Shown: positions 1-9,783 of the stretch, piece after piece
How the letters are laid out: each line of letters begins with the position of its first letter
How positions within the stretch are numbered: the stretch's first letter is position 1
Assembly (NCBI GenBank): GCA_963718035.1
Contig: CAVQYD010000018.1
Span: forward strand, 301-64,300
Origin: an uncultured Alphaproteobacteria bacterium
GTDB taxonomy: Bacteria > Pseudomonadota > Alphaproteobacteria > Rhizobiales > Xanthobacteraceae
Direction of reading: 5' to 3'
Length of the DNA: 64,000 nt
The notes under the pieces: model-generated
The model's database searches: none
What the model was told of the DNA's origin: nothing
Seen by the model: the letters and a program-made list of their open reading frames with translations, nothing else
Program-made: the position numbers and the translations under genes

Positions 1-412
1 GGTCATTGACCCTGACCGTTACCGACCGCCCAGTAGCGACGTTCGTCACACGCAACTGGGTGCCGAATGGCAATGTAGGGTGAGCAGCGGTCAAGGCGTT
101 TGGATTGAACTTTTCGCCGTTCGCGGTCTGCTGTTCATCCGAGTAGAAGCTAGCAAGTCCATAAGATGCAATCTGTGTCTCCGCCGCATTTTTATTGGCC
201 GCGAACGGAGTGTGCTTATTCGTCTTAGCCGCTAAACCTCTATTCATCACCGATGGCGTGTTTCGTCTCTCTTCCAGCGACACCTGTCGACTGGCGGCGC
301 GTAATTCAGATTTTTTGGTGACAGATGACTGAGCGCAGGCCGCAAGCACCGCCGACGTCAGAGTGACGGCGAGCATCCGAACAAAATTCCAAAAGCTGGC
401 GCTGGAAAACAT
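1..412 (-). CDS. rlpA: RlpA-family septal ring lytic transglycosylase lipoprotein (runs off the window edge)
   Basis: Manual minus-strand translation gives a lipobox LAAC and GLASFYSDEQQTANGEKFNPNALTAAHPTLPFGTQLRVTNVATGRSVTVRVND (DPBB motif); the start could be 412 or 376. Confidence 0.85.
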   Translation of the reverse strand, partial: MFSSASFWNFVRMLAVTLTSAVLAACAQSSVTKKSELRAASRQVSLEERRNTPSVMNRGLAAKTNKHTPFAANKNAAETQIASYGLASFYSDEQQTANGEKFNPNALTAAHPTLPFGTQLRVTNVATGRSVTVRVND

Positions 413-1234
413 CCCCAATCCCCAGTGGCCGAAACAGACAGGCAATAACGGCCAAACCGTGACGACAGAAAAACAAACGCACGATCAATGCCGTATTAGT
501 TCTTTTAAAGTTGAGAAGTTGTTACCATAGGGTAATTCGGCGTCGCGGCAGTCATTGTGCCGGCTTGTCAAACACCATTACCTTGGAAACAAAAGCGTTG
601 ACGGTTCGAGTCAACTAACTTGACATCCGCATAGCTTCATCCAGAATTTCATTGCAACCTTTGTGACGCGGAGGTCTGAATGGTTCCACCGGGTCAAAAG
701 GCCGCGATGATTGCTGCGTGACTCGTTCGGGCCGCAGCATAGCGGCAAACACACGAACGGTTCCTCGGGAGCGACCCTCCGCGGGTCGCATCAGTCAGGC
801 AAGACCCCAATTCGGTCGCTCCCGGCGTGCATTCGCTGCACTGTGGACTCATTTTTTTCTTGTCCTTTGACAGCCACCGGCTGGGTACCCGGAGAGGGAG
901 GGAGGTGCCTATGCGATATAAGCTAAAAAGTGTTGCTGCGCTCATATAGCTCTTGGCAGCTTGCCAAATCGGATGCGGGTCGAGGTGGACCCAGACATTG
1001 AAGTTTCAGCGAGGACGGTTGGCCAACTCCGGAAGGTGACGGCGTGGCCTGAGAATTTGGCAATAATCACTCCACACGAGGGCCAACTCAAGAACGTGGT
1101 GAAGGTAAGTAGGGCCAACGTAGGGACCCGCTTAACACCCAAGGCGTAGAGAGCGGTTCAGAGTTCGGCCGATTGGCTTACTTACCCAAATCTGGCTTGG
1201 TAACTGCGATCCGGCCGCGTCGGGGACGACGACA

Positions 1235-1640
1235 ATGTTACGAGACAACAGGGAAAATGGGGGCGATCGCCGGCCGACGGCCTATAACGTGCTCGGCGAA
1301 GCGCTCGAAATGTGTTCGATGAAGCCCATGACAGGGTTTTACCGGGACGGCTGCTGCAACACGGGGCGAGAGGACATTGGCAGTCACACAGTCTGCGTCG
1401 TGGTGACCGCTGCGTTTCTCGATTTTTCAAAATCGTGCGGTAACGATCTTTCGACGCCGGTGCCTGAATTTGGCTTCCAAGGCCTGAAACCTGGGGATCG
1501 CTGGTGCCTATGTGCGCCTCGCTGGCAGGAAGCCTTGAAGCAAACCAAGCGCCCCGCGTCGTTTTGCGCGCCACTCATGAGGGTGCCTTGTCCACTGCTC
1601 GCTCGGCGACCTCAAACGACTAGCAGTAGATTTGGCGTAA
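1235..1640 (+). CDS. DUF2237 family protein (frameshifted near the 3' end)
   Basis: NVLGEALEMCS..PMTGFYRDGCCNTG..D.GSHTVC...GNDLSTP.PEFGF.GLKPGDRWCLCA.RW; the C-terminus continues in other frames to TAA at 1640. Confidence 0.85.
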
Positions 1641-1771
1641 CCCGAACCGGACTAGCGGACATTGAATATGCCGCGCGGTCTATTGGGGTTTCGAGCCACT
1701 TTTGCGCTAAATCAATAACTCCCGATGGCGGCCATCTAATATTCGCCGTCTCTCGCATGGAGTTGATTGCC

Positions 1772-1957
1772 ATGAGCGAAAAAGAGAACGCGAAAAGTGA
1801 AACTCAAATTCTGCGGGATGCCTTCGAAGGCATGAAAGGTCGTCAGCCGAGATCTGATCAGGAGCTAAAAGAGTGGCTCGCCACTGATGAAGGTAAGGAA
1901 GCAACGATGTTCGAGTCCACGTCTTTGTCACGCTTCGGCGAAATTGGACGCGCTTGA
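1772..1957 (+). CDS. small hypothetical protein
   Basis: MSEKENAKSETQILRDAFEG... is the plausible tail of ORF 1235..1957; it stops 50 bp before a repeat cluster. Confidence 0.5.
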   Translation: MSEKENAKSETQILRDAFEGMKGRQPRSDQELKEWLATDEGKEATMFESTSLSRFGEIGRA

Positions 1958-2006
1958 CGACCGCTTTTCGCAGATCGAACGGTAATTTAATTATCGGCGC
2001 TTGCCC

Positions 2007-2075
2007 ATGTCCGCGGTCAAAAGCAGACATGTGCAGCGTACAAGCCGATGTCCGCTAAGTGCCAGAAGCGGACAT
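2007..2075 (+). repeat. palindromic repeat cluster (A degenerate, C)
   Basis: atgtccgc-ggtcaaaa-gcagacat, 17 nt linker, atgtccgctaa-gtgcca-gaagcggacat. Confidence 0.9.
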
Positions 2076-2100
2076 TCGCCACTGCTGCGTTTTCTGCCGC

Positions 2101-3256
2101 CTACAAATTATCTTCGATCCAGTCAGCGGCGAAATCGATGCCGACTTGGCGGTTGTCGACATGGGCATGCTCTGCGCCGCCTTCTTCGGTCGTGAAGATC
2201 TTGATTGTCTTGTTTTTCGAGCCGACCGCATCAAAGAGCTTTTGGGCATTCTCGACTGGCACGACTCTGTCGTTCGCGCCGTGGGTGACGAGAAAAGGGC
2301 AGGTGATGTTCTTCGCCACGTCCTTCAGAGTGAATTTTTTGGCCATGGCGATGCCTTCTTCTGCAGTCTCCGCCCCGACCACCCAGCGGAACTGAAAATT
2401 CGATTGCGCCACCGTGGTCGGGGAGTTGGTGTTTTTCTGCCTGATCTTCTCCTGCCACTCCGCAAGGTCCCAATGCAGCGCGGACAGCGCGATGCATACC
2501 GCGTAGCGCTTCTCGAAAGCGGCGATACGGGACGAGTAATAGCCGCCGAAGCTGTAACCGAAGATGGCGATGCGCTTGGCGTCAACGTCCGAGCGCTTGG
2601 CGAGATAGTCGAAAGCCGCCGTGCCAGGCACTTCGTAGTCGTAGCGGCTTGGCATGTCACGGATCCGTCGCGTCTCGCCCATGCCGGGACCGTCCAGTGC
2701 GAGGGTGTTAATGCCGCGACGCGAGAACTCACGGCCCGCGAAAAAGATGCTCATCTCCTTGGCATTGTCCATGCCGTTTACCACCACGACCGTCGGCGCC
2801 AGACGGCCATCCGTGGCACGCCTTCATGAACAGCGCCGGCAGCGTGGTTCCCTCGTAGGGCACCTCGACGAATTCGATCGACGATTCGCGCAAGCGGATG
2901 CCGGTATGCCAGCAATGATAGGCTTTTTCGCCCTGCGCTCGCTTTTCCGGGCCGGGCGTGATGAAGCGCTCGGCGTTGTAGTGATAGATGCCGGCGCGCA
3001 GATAGTAATCGCCGGCGGTGATCTTGTGGTCCTTGGCCAGCGCCGCATCGGCGCGGCTCTCGAGCTGCGCGCCCATCGCGCGCCATTCTTCGTGCCAGGC
3101 CTGCGGATTGCTTTGCCGCACCCGGAGCCTCTCACAGACGCGGTCGATCTCCTCGAGCGCGACCACGCCATAGGGCGCCATGCTCTTCAGGATCAGGGTT
3201 GCATTCGACCAGAGAAAGTTATCGCCGAAATGATCGATCCATGGTCCACGGGTCAT
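2101..3256 (-). CDS. alpha/beta hydrolase, FrsA/2,6-dihydroxypseudooxynicotine hydrolase-like (frameshift near 2820)
   Basis: Two overlapping ORFs 2729..3256 and 2101..2787; GYSFGG nucleophile elbow, HGAND, GGAEH. Confidence 0.8.
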
Positions 3257-3396
3257 AAAAAATCCTTTCGCAAGCTGGTCGATTTATAGTGTCCGCCGTC
3301 AGCTGGCGTGTGGACGAGACTAAGCGGGAGCGTTTTGGAAGATATGTTATTGTGATGAAGGGGGCGCGCCGACTTGTTCACCGGCGCGGATGACGC

Positions 3397-4380
3397 CTAA
3401 TTCGCCCTGAGCCCTCTGGCTTCGATGAAGGTACTCCAATTCTTGATTTCATTCTGCAGCAGCGTCTGCAGCGCCGCTCCGGGTCCGAATTCCGGTTTGA
3501 TGTCGAGTGCAGCCAAGCGCTCGTCAACAGCGGGCGATTTTAGCGCCTTTTGGACGGCCTTCTCCAACTTCGCCTTTACGTCGGCCGGCATACCCTTCGG
3601 TCCAAATACGCCAAACCAGAACTGGAGATCGACGTTGGCGTGCTTAACGCCGGCCTCCGCCATTGTCGGCACGTCCGGCAGCGCCGGGGAGCGTTCCTTG
3701 CCGGTGACGGCAAGGGCCTTGATCCGCTTGTCCTCAACTAAAGGCTTCGCCACCTGGCTGGACGCCATGATGATGTCGACCTGCCCCGCAATGATGGCGG
3801 CCATCGCCGGTCCGCCGCCCCGGTAGGGAACGCTGAGTGCGTCGATCTTGGCACCGTCCTTGACGACTTCCCAGACGAGTTGGGCGACCGATCCCGTCCC
3901 GGCCGAAGCGTAATTCAACGTTTTACCGGACGAATGAGAGTAAGCGATCAGTTCCTTGACGCTGTTAACCGGAACTGCATCGGCAACGCATAGCGCGAGC
4001 GGCGAATGCGCCACCGACGCGACCGCATCGAGTTCCGTGACCGGATCGAAAGTCGGCGTCATATCCTTGAAGCCCGGCCGGATCGCGACTGCGTTCTCCG
4101 CCATCAGCAGCGTGTAGCCATCCGGCGCAGAGCCTGCAACGTTCCGCCAGGCGATGTAGCCGCTCGCGCCGGCGATGTTTTCGACATAGATCGTCTGCCC
4201 GAGTTCCTGGCCGAGCGCGCCCGTCAATAGGCGGGCGAGCGTATCGGTCGCGCCGCCGGGCGCGAAGCCGACGACCAGCCGGATCGGCCGGGTTGGATAG
4301 TCGGTCGTCGACTGTGCAAGCGAAACGACCGGGGTGGTAAGAACGAGACCGGCGAATAGAGTCGCGAACAATTGGCGCAT
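3397..4380 (-). CDS. Bug/TctC tripartite tricarboxylate transporter substrate-binding protein
   Basis: Signal peptide, YPTRPIRLVVGFAPGGATD, PDGYTLL, VPYRGGGPA, LPDVPTMAEAG. Confidence 0.93.
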   Translation of the reverse strand: MRQLFATLFAGLVLTTPVVSLAQSTTDYPTRPIRLVVGFAPGGATDTLARLLTGALGQELGQTIYVENIAGASGYIAWRNVAGSAPDGYTLLMAENAVAIRPGFKDMTPTFDPVTELDAVASVAHSPLALCVADAVPVNSVKELIAYSHSSGKTLNYASAGTGSVAQLVWEVVKDGAKIDALSVPYRGGGPAMAAIIAGQVDIIMASSQVAKPLVEDKRIKALAVTGKERSPALPDVPTMAEAGVKHANVDLQFWFGVFGPKGMPADVKAKLEKAVQKALKSPAVDERLAALDIKPEFGPGAALQTLLQNEIKNWSTFIEARGLRAN

Positions 4381-4610
4381 ATTGGTTTCCTATGCGGACA
4401 CATCGAACTGTTGCATAAACACGAGACTAACAAGCCATAGAAATCACTGTCGAGGCATCTCTCGCCGGAGCGGCACTTGTGATTCTGCACGTTGTGGGCA
4501 CTATGTCCCGTCTCGCTCAGACCGCGCCGAAAGGACCCAAGGCGGCTCTCACAAACTTCGGCCGACGAGGCGCCGAGAAACCCGATGACAGGTACCTTGT
4601 GCGGGAAACC

Positions 4611-4693
4611 ATGTCTGCTTTCCCGAAAGCAGACATTCGTGGTCGCGCGCAGCGCACTGGCCCACTGTGGTCTGCTTTACCCCCGAAATGGCC
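4611..4693 (+). repeat. palindromic repeat cluster (B-like, degenerate B)
   Basis: atgtctgcttt-cccg-aaagcagacat and ggtctgctttacccccgaaatggcc. Confidence 0.75.
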
Positions 4694-4717
4694 GCGCCAA
4701 ACCGCTTTGCATCGGTT

Positions 4718-5131
4718 TTACTTCGACAGGCTTTTGAGAGTCGCTTCCAGGCACATCTTTGCGCTGGCTTCCAGTCTGGACAGCATTGCCGTCCGGTATT
4801 TTTCCTCACTGCCGGTGGCTTCGAGAGACCTGACCTCGTCGTTTGAAATTTTGTTTGCCAAATCGCTCGCATTGCATTTGCAATAGTCGTGGATCGCTGA
4901 AACGGGAACTCCCTTGTTGCCGGGAGCATCTAATTGGGTCTTGAGGCAGCTGCGCACGAGCGCTTCGACGAATGTCGTGCGCACTTCGCCAGTTAAGCCT
5001 TGATCGCTCCAGGCCAATTGCACGTTTGCCAAAATGATTGCACCTGCAACAGGTGCAGCCCACCTTCCGATGTTGCGCACGTTGCCTCTCCGCAAATGTT
5101 CATTTGCTCTCGAATGCGCGTAATGTAGCAC
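4718..5131 (-). CDS. hypothetical secreted Cys-containing protein
   Basis: Hydrophobic N-terminus; SC..YCKC..MC pattern; start uncertain. Confidence 0.6.
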   Translation of the reverse strand: MLHYAHSRANEHLRRGNVRNIGRWAAPVAGAIILANVQLAWSDQGLTGEVRTTFVEALVRSCLKTQLDAPGNKGVPVSAIHDYCKCNASDLANKISNDEVRSLEATGSEEKYRTAMLSRLEASAKMCLEATLKSLSK

Positions 5132-5238
5132 AGCGGACGGGACGCTAAAACAAGCCTTTCCCGATTGGCGTTACGGCCTGACCTCCACCAGCGGGATTTT
5201 CGGAATCGCGCCCGCGGCAAAGGCCGAAAGATCGATTT

Positions 5239-5616
5239 TCAGTTAGTATCAAAACGTACTGGCACGTCGAACAGGAAGCCGGCTGTGACCGCCACGCCCG
5301 CCGCCGGAATATGATTGGGGAGAAACGTCACAATGCCGGTCGCCACGGGTGCGGCGGAGGAATGATCGAGCCAGTCGCGCCAACGAATTCGATAGAGGCG
5401 CCCGCGCCGCTCCTCGAAAAACGCGACAACCTGCGACAGCGCCTCGAAAGTCTTCACTCCGTAACCGGCGTCGTAGCGTCGGCGTGAATGTGCCCAGCGT
5501 GCATTACGTTCCTTGGCGCCAGAGCCGAGTGTCACCATATCGGTGCGCCGTTGCGGTCCGCCGGCGCTTTTCAGCGCGATGTCGAGCGGAAATAGGACGT
5601 CGTAGAAGGATGCCAT
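5239..5616 (-). pseudogene. GTA g12-like TIGR02217/DUF2460 protein, internally deleted and C-terminally truncated
   Basis: FYDVLFPLDIALKSAGGPQRRT..ERNARWAHSRRRYDAG..FFEERRGRL then jumps to TGIVTF..VTAGFLFDVPVRFDT; 125 aa versus about 210 aa for the family. Confidence 0.8.
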
Positions 5617-5675
5617 GATGAAAAATCGGGTCGGATGAAAATTGACTAACCGGAAGCCGCCCTAGACAAATTGCT

Positions 5676-6134
5676 TCATCGGCCACTTTCCTTGGGAACG
5701 CGATATTTCTCGTGACAGGCGTCGCACGCATAGCCGACGGCGCGGAATTGCGCTCGCAACGCGTTGCCGTCGAGAGAGCTGGTGCCCGACAGCTTTTCCA
5801 GCTGTGTCTGAAGATTTCTGGCCTTTTCCGAGAAATCATCCCAATTCTGCCAAATCGCGGGCTTTGCGGCTGTCGGGGCTTGGGTGCTCCCAGGCGGAAA
5901 CTGCGACACGATCTTGCCGGCCAGTTCGCGCATTGGGCCGGCATCTTTTGCGATACGGTCGAGGTCCCTGTTCGCCCGCAACTGCCTGCTCATTGCGAGC
6001 AGCTTCTGTCCCATTTCAGTCATCAACTCCATGCGCTCCCTGACGACGCCGGTTGCATGCTCATGGCCCTTGTGGGCCAGAGCAGTACAAGACAACGCCC
6101 CGACAAGAGCGACACCGAAGACGAGTTTTTTCAT
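5676..6134 (-). CDS. class II cytochrome c (c'/c556)
   Basis: Signal peptide MKKLVFG, AKPAIWQNWDDF, C-terminal CDACH heme motif. Confidence 0.9.
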   Translation of the reverse strand: MKKLVFGVALVGALSCTALAHKGHEHATGVVRERMELMTEMGQKLLAMSRQLRANRDLDRIAKDAGPMRELAGKIVSQFPPGSTQAPTAAKPAIWQNWDDFSEKARNLQTQLEKLSGTSSLDGNALRAQFRAVGYACDACHEKYRVPKESGR

Positions 6135-6165
6135 TCGACTTTGAATCTCGCAAAAACCATCCCGC

Positions 6166-7566
6166 TCACCGGGTCTCCGTAGACGGGGCGCAGATCCCGC
6201 GAATCCCATAGAAGCTGACCAGACTACCGATGCCGAATTTCGTATTGCGCACGCTGTAAAAGTCATAGATGCCGCCGACTGTCAGCTTGTTGACCGTAAC
6301 GACTGGCCCGGAATGATCGAGGAGCTCGTTCTCCTGGACACGCTCGGCACGCGCAAAGATTGTGTAGGTCCTGTCGAATATCGCCGCAGTCTCAAGGATG
6401 AGGCCATCGAGGGTATCGCCGGGCTTCATCATTTTGCGTCCCCAAGCGAGCGTCGTGCTCCAGATGTTGTTTTTGCCGAAGGGCTGCGTGTAGATCGCAG
6501 AGACCGTGAAGCGGTCTTCGTTTTTCTCAGGCTCAAGTTGCTCCGGAGATTTCAGGTGGCCCCAGGAAGCCTGGAAGCTGAGCTCGCGGGTCGGATTCCA
6601 GGACACGCGGGCGGAGTAGCTATTAAGTTTCGGCGCTTCGATATCGAACCGGTACTGATCCGGCTCGCGGCCCCTGAAGACCGATCCTTCGATTTTGATC
6701 GTGTTCAACACGAGGCCGGCGGTGAGCACCCCGAAGGTAATGTGTGTGCTGTCCAGCCAATGATGCGTGATCGGCGCCTCCGGGATATCCATACCGCTCG
6801 TTCGATGCATGAAGGCCGAAGGGCCGAGCGCAGGCTCTCCGGGCAGACCTGCATACAAATAGGCACTTGACGTCTTTGTGAAATCGTACCGGAACGTCGT
6901 CGCCAGCTCCATGAAGAGGTCGTGCGGATGCTGGCGGTCGACCAGAGTCGTCTTTCCATCCGCAGTCTCGCCGGTAGCGAATAGCAGCGGATAGCCGTTC
7001 TTGCCCATGAACGGATCGGGCGAAAGCATGGCGCGCAAGCCCCAGACTCCCTCTCCGACCGGCCGCTCCGCCATGGCCATGAACATCCCGTTGAGGAATG
7101 TCTTGTCACCGCCGCGCGGCCCACCTTGGTGGTCATAAACGACGTTGAAAAGCGCGTGGTACATCGTCTGCCAATCGCCGTATGTGGCATGCACACCGTA
7201 GTGCGGACTCGCTTCTGGCACCCAACTCGTGCCGGAACCCTCGCGTGAGATCGGGTATGGCCCGAGGAGTCCTTGCATCCCATGTTGATGCTCATGCCCG
7301 GCCTCGGCCGGTTTTTTCTTCTGTCCCGGAGCGGCGTGCTGATGACCTTCGTGTTGTTTCTGCTTGGTTGCGCCCTGCTTCGTGCCAGTAGGCGTGCCCC
7401 CGTGACCGCTGTGATCGCTGTGACCGGAATGACCCTGGCTCTGGCTGCGCTCGGCGCTCTCAAGTTCCTTGAGAATGTCCTGTGCGAAGCCGGCGCGCAG
7501 GGCCGACAGGCAAAGGACAGCGCCAATGGCGGCCGCAAGGCCACACATGCGCGAACGTGTCAGCAT
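6166..7566 (-). CDS. His-rich exported protein, probable outer-membrane beta-barrel
   Basis: Signal peptide, His-rich linker, EGSGTSW, DRQHPHDLFMEL, THHWLDSTHI, amphipathic beta-strand pattern; the C-terminus may be truncated. Confidence 0.7.
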   Translation of the reverse strand: MLTRSRMCGLAAAIGAVLCLSALRAGFAQDILKELESAERSQSQGHSGHSDHSGHGGTPTGTKQGATKQKQHEGHQHAAPGQKKKPAEAGHEHQHGMQGLLGPYPISREGSGTSWVPEASPHYGVHATYGDWQTMYHALFNVVYDHQGGPRGGDKTFLNGMFMAMAERPVGEGVWGLRAMLSPDPFMGKNGYPLLFATGETADGKTTLVDRQHPHDLFMELATTFRYDFTKTSSAYLYAGLPGEPALGPSAFMHRTSGMDIPEAPITHHWLDSTHITFGVLTAGLVLNTIKIEGSVFRGREPDQYRFDIEAPKLNSYSARVSWNPTRELSFQASWGHLKSPEQLEPEKNEDRFTVSAIYTQPFGKNNIWSTTLAWGRKMMKPGDTLDGLILETAAIFDRTYTIFARAERVQENELLDHSGPVVTVNKLTVGGIYDFYSVRNTKFGIGSLVSFYGIRGICAPSTETR

Positions 7567-7629
7567 TGAAGACCCCTGACTGATAAGGACCGGGCGCCGC
7601 GTCTACGGCGGCAATACAGTTGTCCGAAT

Positions 7630-8012
7630 TCAGAGAGGCTTGGGTATTCCGGGATCGATAGGCACCGCGCGAGCGATCAAAATCTCGGCGGGCGCCAAAA
7701 CCAGGTCGCGTGCAAGCAGTTCCTGCCCCATGACAGACGGCGCCGCTGCCGTCACCCGGCGCCTATGCAAGCCGCGCAGCACTTCTGGCAGAGCCCGTCG
7801 TGATCGGCACTATGCGCAGGAGCGCTCGTGAGATGGGGGCACTCCTCATCGCCGGGATCAATGGCCAGGTCCGCGTAGTGCGGCACGGCAGCACTTTCGT
7901 GTTGCGCCACGCCGCCAGACATACCCGCGCGCGCGTGGGGACAAACCGGACCGCTGAAAACCAGTCCGGCCGCCAGAATGAATGTAAACAATTTATTCAA
8001 AGCGCGGCCCAT
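7630..8012 (-). CDS. small Cys/His-rich exported protein (DUF2946/CopL-like; frameshifted)
   Basis: CPH..CQKCCAAC; the shifted frame ends IDPGIPKPL* at 7630. Confidence 0.55.
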
Positions 8013-8173
8013 TGTCCTGCCCGCACGTATCCTAACTGCGGCCCGTCAAGCCACGCAAGCGCGCATACCGTCAAATAGCTGCCTCTGCTACGAGCGCGAC
8101 GCTTTCGAATGGCTTATTTGGCCGCGGGCGCACGGCCATGGAACTGAACGGCTGTATTCAATGTTTTTTCGGC

Positions 8174-8614
8174 ATGATCGAAGCGCTCATGTACATGGGT
8201 ATCGGCCTCCTGACTGGATGCCTTATCGGTTTGGCCGTTATGCCCCTCGTGCACGACCGTGCGGTGCGGCTGACCGTCAGGCGGATAGAGCGCGCTCTTC
8301 CGAATTCGATCAAGGAAATAGAGGCAGACAAAGATCTCTTGCGCGCGGATTTTGCGATGTCGACGCGGCGTCTCGAACTAAGCAACGAGCAACTGAGAAA
8401 CAAAACTGCAAGTCAACTCGCCGACCTGGGCAGGAAGAGCGACATCCTTAACCGGCTCAAGGCCCAGCGCGACGTGCTGAAGGTTGAGGTGCTTGGCCTC
8501 AAGGCGCAAATTGCCGCGCTGAAAAAACGGCTAGACCGGGATCGCGAGGAGCCAAAGGTCCACGACGTCGGCGCGATGTTGCGCCAATGGATTCCTCACA
8601 GGGTCCACCACTGA
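8174..8614 (+). CDS. membrane-anchored coiled-coil hypothetical protein
   Basis: MIEALMYMGIGLLTG TM segment; EIEADKDLLRADFAMSTRRLE heptads. Confidence 0.7.
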   Translation: MIEALMYMGIGLLTGCLIGLAVMPLVHDRAVRLTVRRIERALPNSIKEIEADKDLLRADFAMSTRRLELSNEQLRNKTASQLADLGRKSDILNRLKAQRDVLKVEVLGLKAQIAALKKRLDRDREEPKVHDVGAMLRQWIPHRVHH

Positions 8615-8889
8615 GCAGAGCTAGGCAGCCGTGGTTTCCTGAATCTTCTGCGCTTTTTTCGGCGGAGGGAGCGACACCGTCTCGTCGGAGACGGATCGAA
8701 GGTGAACTCATGCGGGCGGAACCTGCGCCAGCCCATCGCCGTTTCGGCGGCATGGACACATCGGATGCCGTCTTTCACACCGCGGTATTGGTGATCGGTG
8801 TTCTGGGAATTCTCCTATCCCTCGCCGGCATCGCCTTCTGGTGGGTGTCGCGCAAAATGAACCGGCTCACGTAGTCCGGCCCGCACACT

Positions 8890-9783
8890 TCAGGCTGAGA
8901 CGCGTTCCAACAGTTCGCGATCTCGGTCCGCACGGCGTCCGCGCCGCGCGCTGCAATGGCCCGCGATCAGCGGCAGGATCTCGCTGACATGGGTGACCGG
9001 AAGCATGTGCCCGGCATTTGCCACTGTCCGCGCGGTCACGTTCGGGATCATGCGCGAAAGATGAAAACATATTCTGCGTGTCGGCAACGGCGATTGCCCG
9101 CCGGATACAACCAGCGTCGGCATCTCGAGGGACGCAAGGTCGGCCTGCCGCATTGGGTCGTTGAGCGTGCCCCAGAAATCGAGCGAGACCTTGTTGATCC
9201 GCGCTGCCAGCGCCAGGCGTTGTGAGGCTGGCAGGGCATCCCACGCGCCCTCGCCGCCCCAATAGTCGACGAAGCGGCGCATGCCGCCCTGATAGTCGCC
9301 ACAGTTGACTGCGTTGGCGACCGTAGCGCCGACCTCCGAGATCTGCCGGAACGCCCGCTCGTCGATGTCATCGCCGTCGCGCAGCAGATGAAACGACGCG
9401 GGCTCGATCAGCGTCAGCGTCTTGAGGTATCGCGGATGCCGCGATGCGAACTGAAGCGCGACGGCGCCGCCGTATGAGTGGCCGACGACGTGCGCGGGCT
9501 TTCCCAGCAAATCGAGCAACGCGGCAATGAGATCGGCTTCGACCGCCAGGTTGAAGGTGCCGTTGCCCGGCCAGTGCGTCGTGCCGCCATAGCCGCAGAG
9601 ATCAGGGGCGATCACGCGAAAGTCGGAGCGAAGCGCCTCGGCCACGTCGGCCCACTGGCGGCCCGAGCCGGCCGTGCAATGCAGCAGCACGATCGGTTCA
9701 CCAATGCCGGCGGCGAAATATTTTACACTGATGCCGCCAGCATCGATGGTCGCACCACTGATGCTCTGCTCCTTGAGGGACAT
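8890..9783 (-). CDS. alpha/beta fold hydrolase
   Basis: PIVLLHC, RVIAPDLCGYG, GHSYGG, AGHMLP; the start overlaps the metY stop. Confidence 0.88.
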   Translation of the reverse strand: MSLKEQSISGATIDAGGISVKYFAAGIGEPIVLLHCTAGSGRQWADVAEALRSDFRVIAPDLCGYGGTTHWPGNGTFNLAVEADLIAALLDLLGKPAHVVGHSYGGAVALQFASRHPRYLKTLTLIEPASFHLLRDGDDIDERAFRQISEVGATVANAVNCGDYQGGMRRFVDYWGGEGAWDALPASQRLALAARINKVSLDFWGTLNDPMRQADLASLEMPTLVVSGGQSPLPTRRICFHLSRMIPNVTARTVANAGHMLPVTHVSEILPLIAGHCSARRGRRADRDRELLERVSA

